From an uncultured Bifidobacteriaceae bacterium (lineage in GTDB: Bacteria; Verrucomicrobiota; Verrucomicrobiia; Limisphaerales; UBA11358): a DNA stretch of 49,402 nt. Positions 48,227 through 49,402 of this stretch are shown here, piece by piece. A model generated the notes under the pieces. The model saw only the letters and a program-made list of their open reading frames with translations. It was not told the origin of the DNA and made no database searches. The stretch is from assembly GCA_964444085.1 (NCBI GenBank), contig CAYUGC010000003.1, positions 1 to 49,402 on the forward strand. The letters are read 5' to 3'. The translations under genes were made by a program, and so were the position numbers. How positions within the stretch are numbered: position 1 is the first letter of the stretch; every line of letters starts with the position of its first letter.

Positions 48227-49402
48227 ACTTGGCGCGCTTGGCGTTGTCCACGCTCAGGAAGCGCGTGCCAGCGAAGTTGCCGGTGCGCCGCCAGATTTTC
48301 ACGAGGATGTGCTCGCCGCGCGCGGCCTTGCACAGCCGCACGGCGTCGTTGGCGCTGGCGACGGGCTGGCGGTTGATTTCGGCGATCAGGTCGTTCGGCT
48401 GCAAGCCGGCGTCGGCGGAATTGGAATCCGGGTTCACCTCGGTCACGAGCGCGCCGTTGACGCTGGCCGGCACGCGGAGCTGTTCGCGTACCGTCGGTTC
48501 GAGATCGGCCACGGTCACGCCGTCAAGTGCGTCAGCGGTGGCGGGACCGGCGGTGGCATTGTCATCGTCATTGGCGGCAACTTCGCCGCCGGGCAATTCG
48601 GTGAGCGTGACGTTGACGGTTTTGCCGAAGCCGTTGCGAATTATTTTCACCGCGACGGACGTGCCGGGTGCGAACTGCGACACCGTGAGCTTCAGGCTGT
48701 TCGCGTCGGTGATGGGTTTGCCGTTGATGGCGATAATCACGTCGCCAGGCCGGATGCCGGACTTGGCGGCGGGCGTGCCGGCCACCACATCGCCGACGAG
48801 CGCGCCGGACTGGTCGGCGAGGCCGAACTGTTTGGCGAGATCAGCGTTAATGTCCTGCGGGCTGATGCCGAGGTAGCCGCGCGCGAGCGAGCCGCCGCTG
48901 ACGAGCCGTTCGAGGACATTGCGCGCCATGTTGATCGGCACGGCAAAACCGATGCCCTGGTTGCCGCCGCTGCGGCTGATGATGGCGGTGTTGATGCCGA
49001 CGAGCCGGCCTTCCACGTCCACGAGTGCGCCGCCGGAATTGCCGGGATTGATGGCGGCATCGGTCTGGATGAAATTTTCGTAGCCGTTGAAACCAAAACC
49101 GCTGCGGCCGAGCGCGCTGACAATGCCCATCGTCACGGTCTGACCGACGCCGAAGGGATTGCCGAGCGCGAGCACCACGTCGCCGACTTCAAGCTGGTCG
49201 CTGTCCGCCAGCGTGACGGCGGAAAGGTTGCTGGCCGAAATTTTCAACACGGCGATGTCCGTGGCGCGGTCTTTGCCGATGACTTTCGCGGTGTATTCGG
49301 TTTTCCCGTCGGCGATGGAAACCTTCACCTCGTCGGCGTCGGCGACAACGTGGTTGGCCGTCAAAATGTAGCCGTCGGGCGAGATGATGACGCCGGAGCC
49401 GA
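48225..49402 (-). CDS. htrA: HtrA/DegP/DegQ-family periplasmic serine protease with two PDZ domains, 5' end beyond the right edge
   Basis: The frame is open to the window end: GSGVIISPDGYILTANHVV (His box)...DIAVLKI (Asp)...GNSGGALV (Ser), followed by two PDZ-like regions (GIRPGDVIIAINGKPI; GLQPNDLIAEINRQPV). Confidence 0.9.
   Translation of the reverse strand, partial: GSGVIISPDGYILTANHVVADADEVKVSIADGKTEYTAKVIGKDRATDIAVLKISASNLSAVTLADSDQLEVGDVVLALGNPFGVGQTVTMGIVSALGRSGFGFNGYENFIQTDAAINPGNSGGALVDVEGRLVGINTAIISRSGGNQGIGFAVPINMARNVLERLVSGGSLARGYLGISPQDINADLAKQFGLADQSGALVGDVVAGTPAAKSGIRPGDVIIAINGKPITDANSLKLTVSQFAPGTSVAVKIIRNGFGKTVNVTLTELPGGEVAANDDDNATAGPATADALDGVTVADLEPTVREQLRVPASVNGALVTEVNPDSNSADAGLQPNDLIAEINRQPVASANDAVRLCKAARGEHILVKIWRRTGNFAGTRFLSVDNAKRAK

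Noticed and set aside
1-49402. Prophage, IS element, integron or defence island
   Set aside because: I recognised no integrase, transposase, recombinase, phage structural, restriction-modification, toxin-antitoxin or cas genes anywhere in the window. The only mobility hint is the small triple-palindrome element.

Overview
A 49.4-kb, high-GC chromosomal segment. By inference only, it fits a Verrucomicrobiota/PVC-group bacterium best: two prepilin-N-terminus + DUF1559-like (FADGH) proteins, a PEP-CTERM protein, a planctomycete-type cytochrome c, and several very large secreted beta-propeller/beta-helix proteins. No rRNA, tRNA, CRISPR array, integrase or transposase was recognised.

Gene content, left to right:
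- A manganese module: OM beta-barrel + mntH, divergent from mntR, with two dyad operators between them.
- A minus-strand pilus/secretin block: three minor-pilin-like genes, then pilM-N-O-P-Q. Both operons are preceded by a near-identical sigma54-type -24/-12 box.
- A 2,240-aa NHL-propeller/cohesin-dockerin-like giant ORF that starts 24 nt after the pilQ stop.
- LysR, then a sphingomyelinase-D/PLD-like GDPD-fold enzyme.
- Small membrane proteins, then a 1.35-kb gene-free mosaic of GC-rich hairpin repeats and 10-bp-phased A/T tracts.
- A B12-radical-SAM / DUF2157-like / GDYXXLXY trio.
- A LamG + unknown-protein operon preceded by ten 21-bp phased purine-rich repeats.
- Housekeeping genes: class-V aminotransferase, MnmC-like methyltransferase, rlmN, an aldo-keto reductase, hisH.
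- A copper/cytochrome cluster: cupredoxin, Sco, cytochrome c.
- An ECF sigma/anti-sigma pair with a self-type promoter.
- More secreted proteins, an XRE regulator with a perfect operator palindrome, cbpA, and a truncated htrA/degP.

Most worth follow-up:
- The 21-bp repeat array.
- The secretin-to-giant-protein linkage with shared sigma54 promoters.
- The ~70-aa C-terminal '...FYRV' module shared by four secreted proteins.
- The radical-SAM/DUF2157/GDYXXLXY trio behind curved DNA.
- An 80-nt triple-palindrome element present twice, with compensatory stem changes.

All family names are assigned from motifs I recognise by eye. No database search was run.
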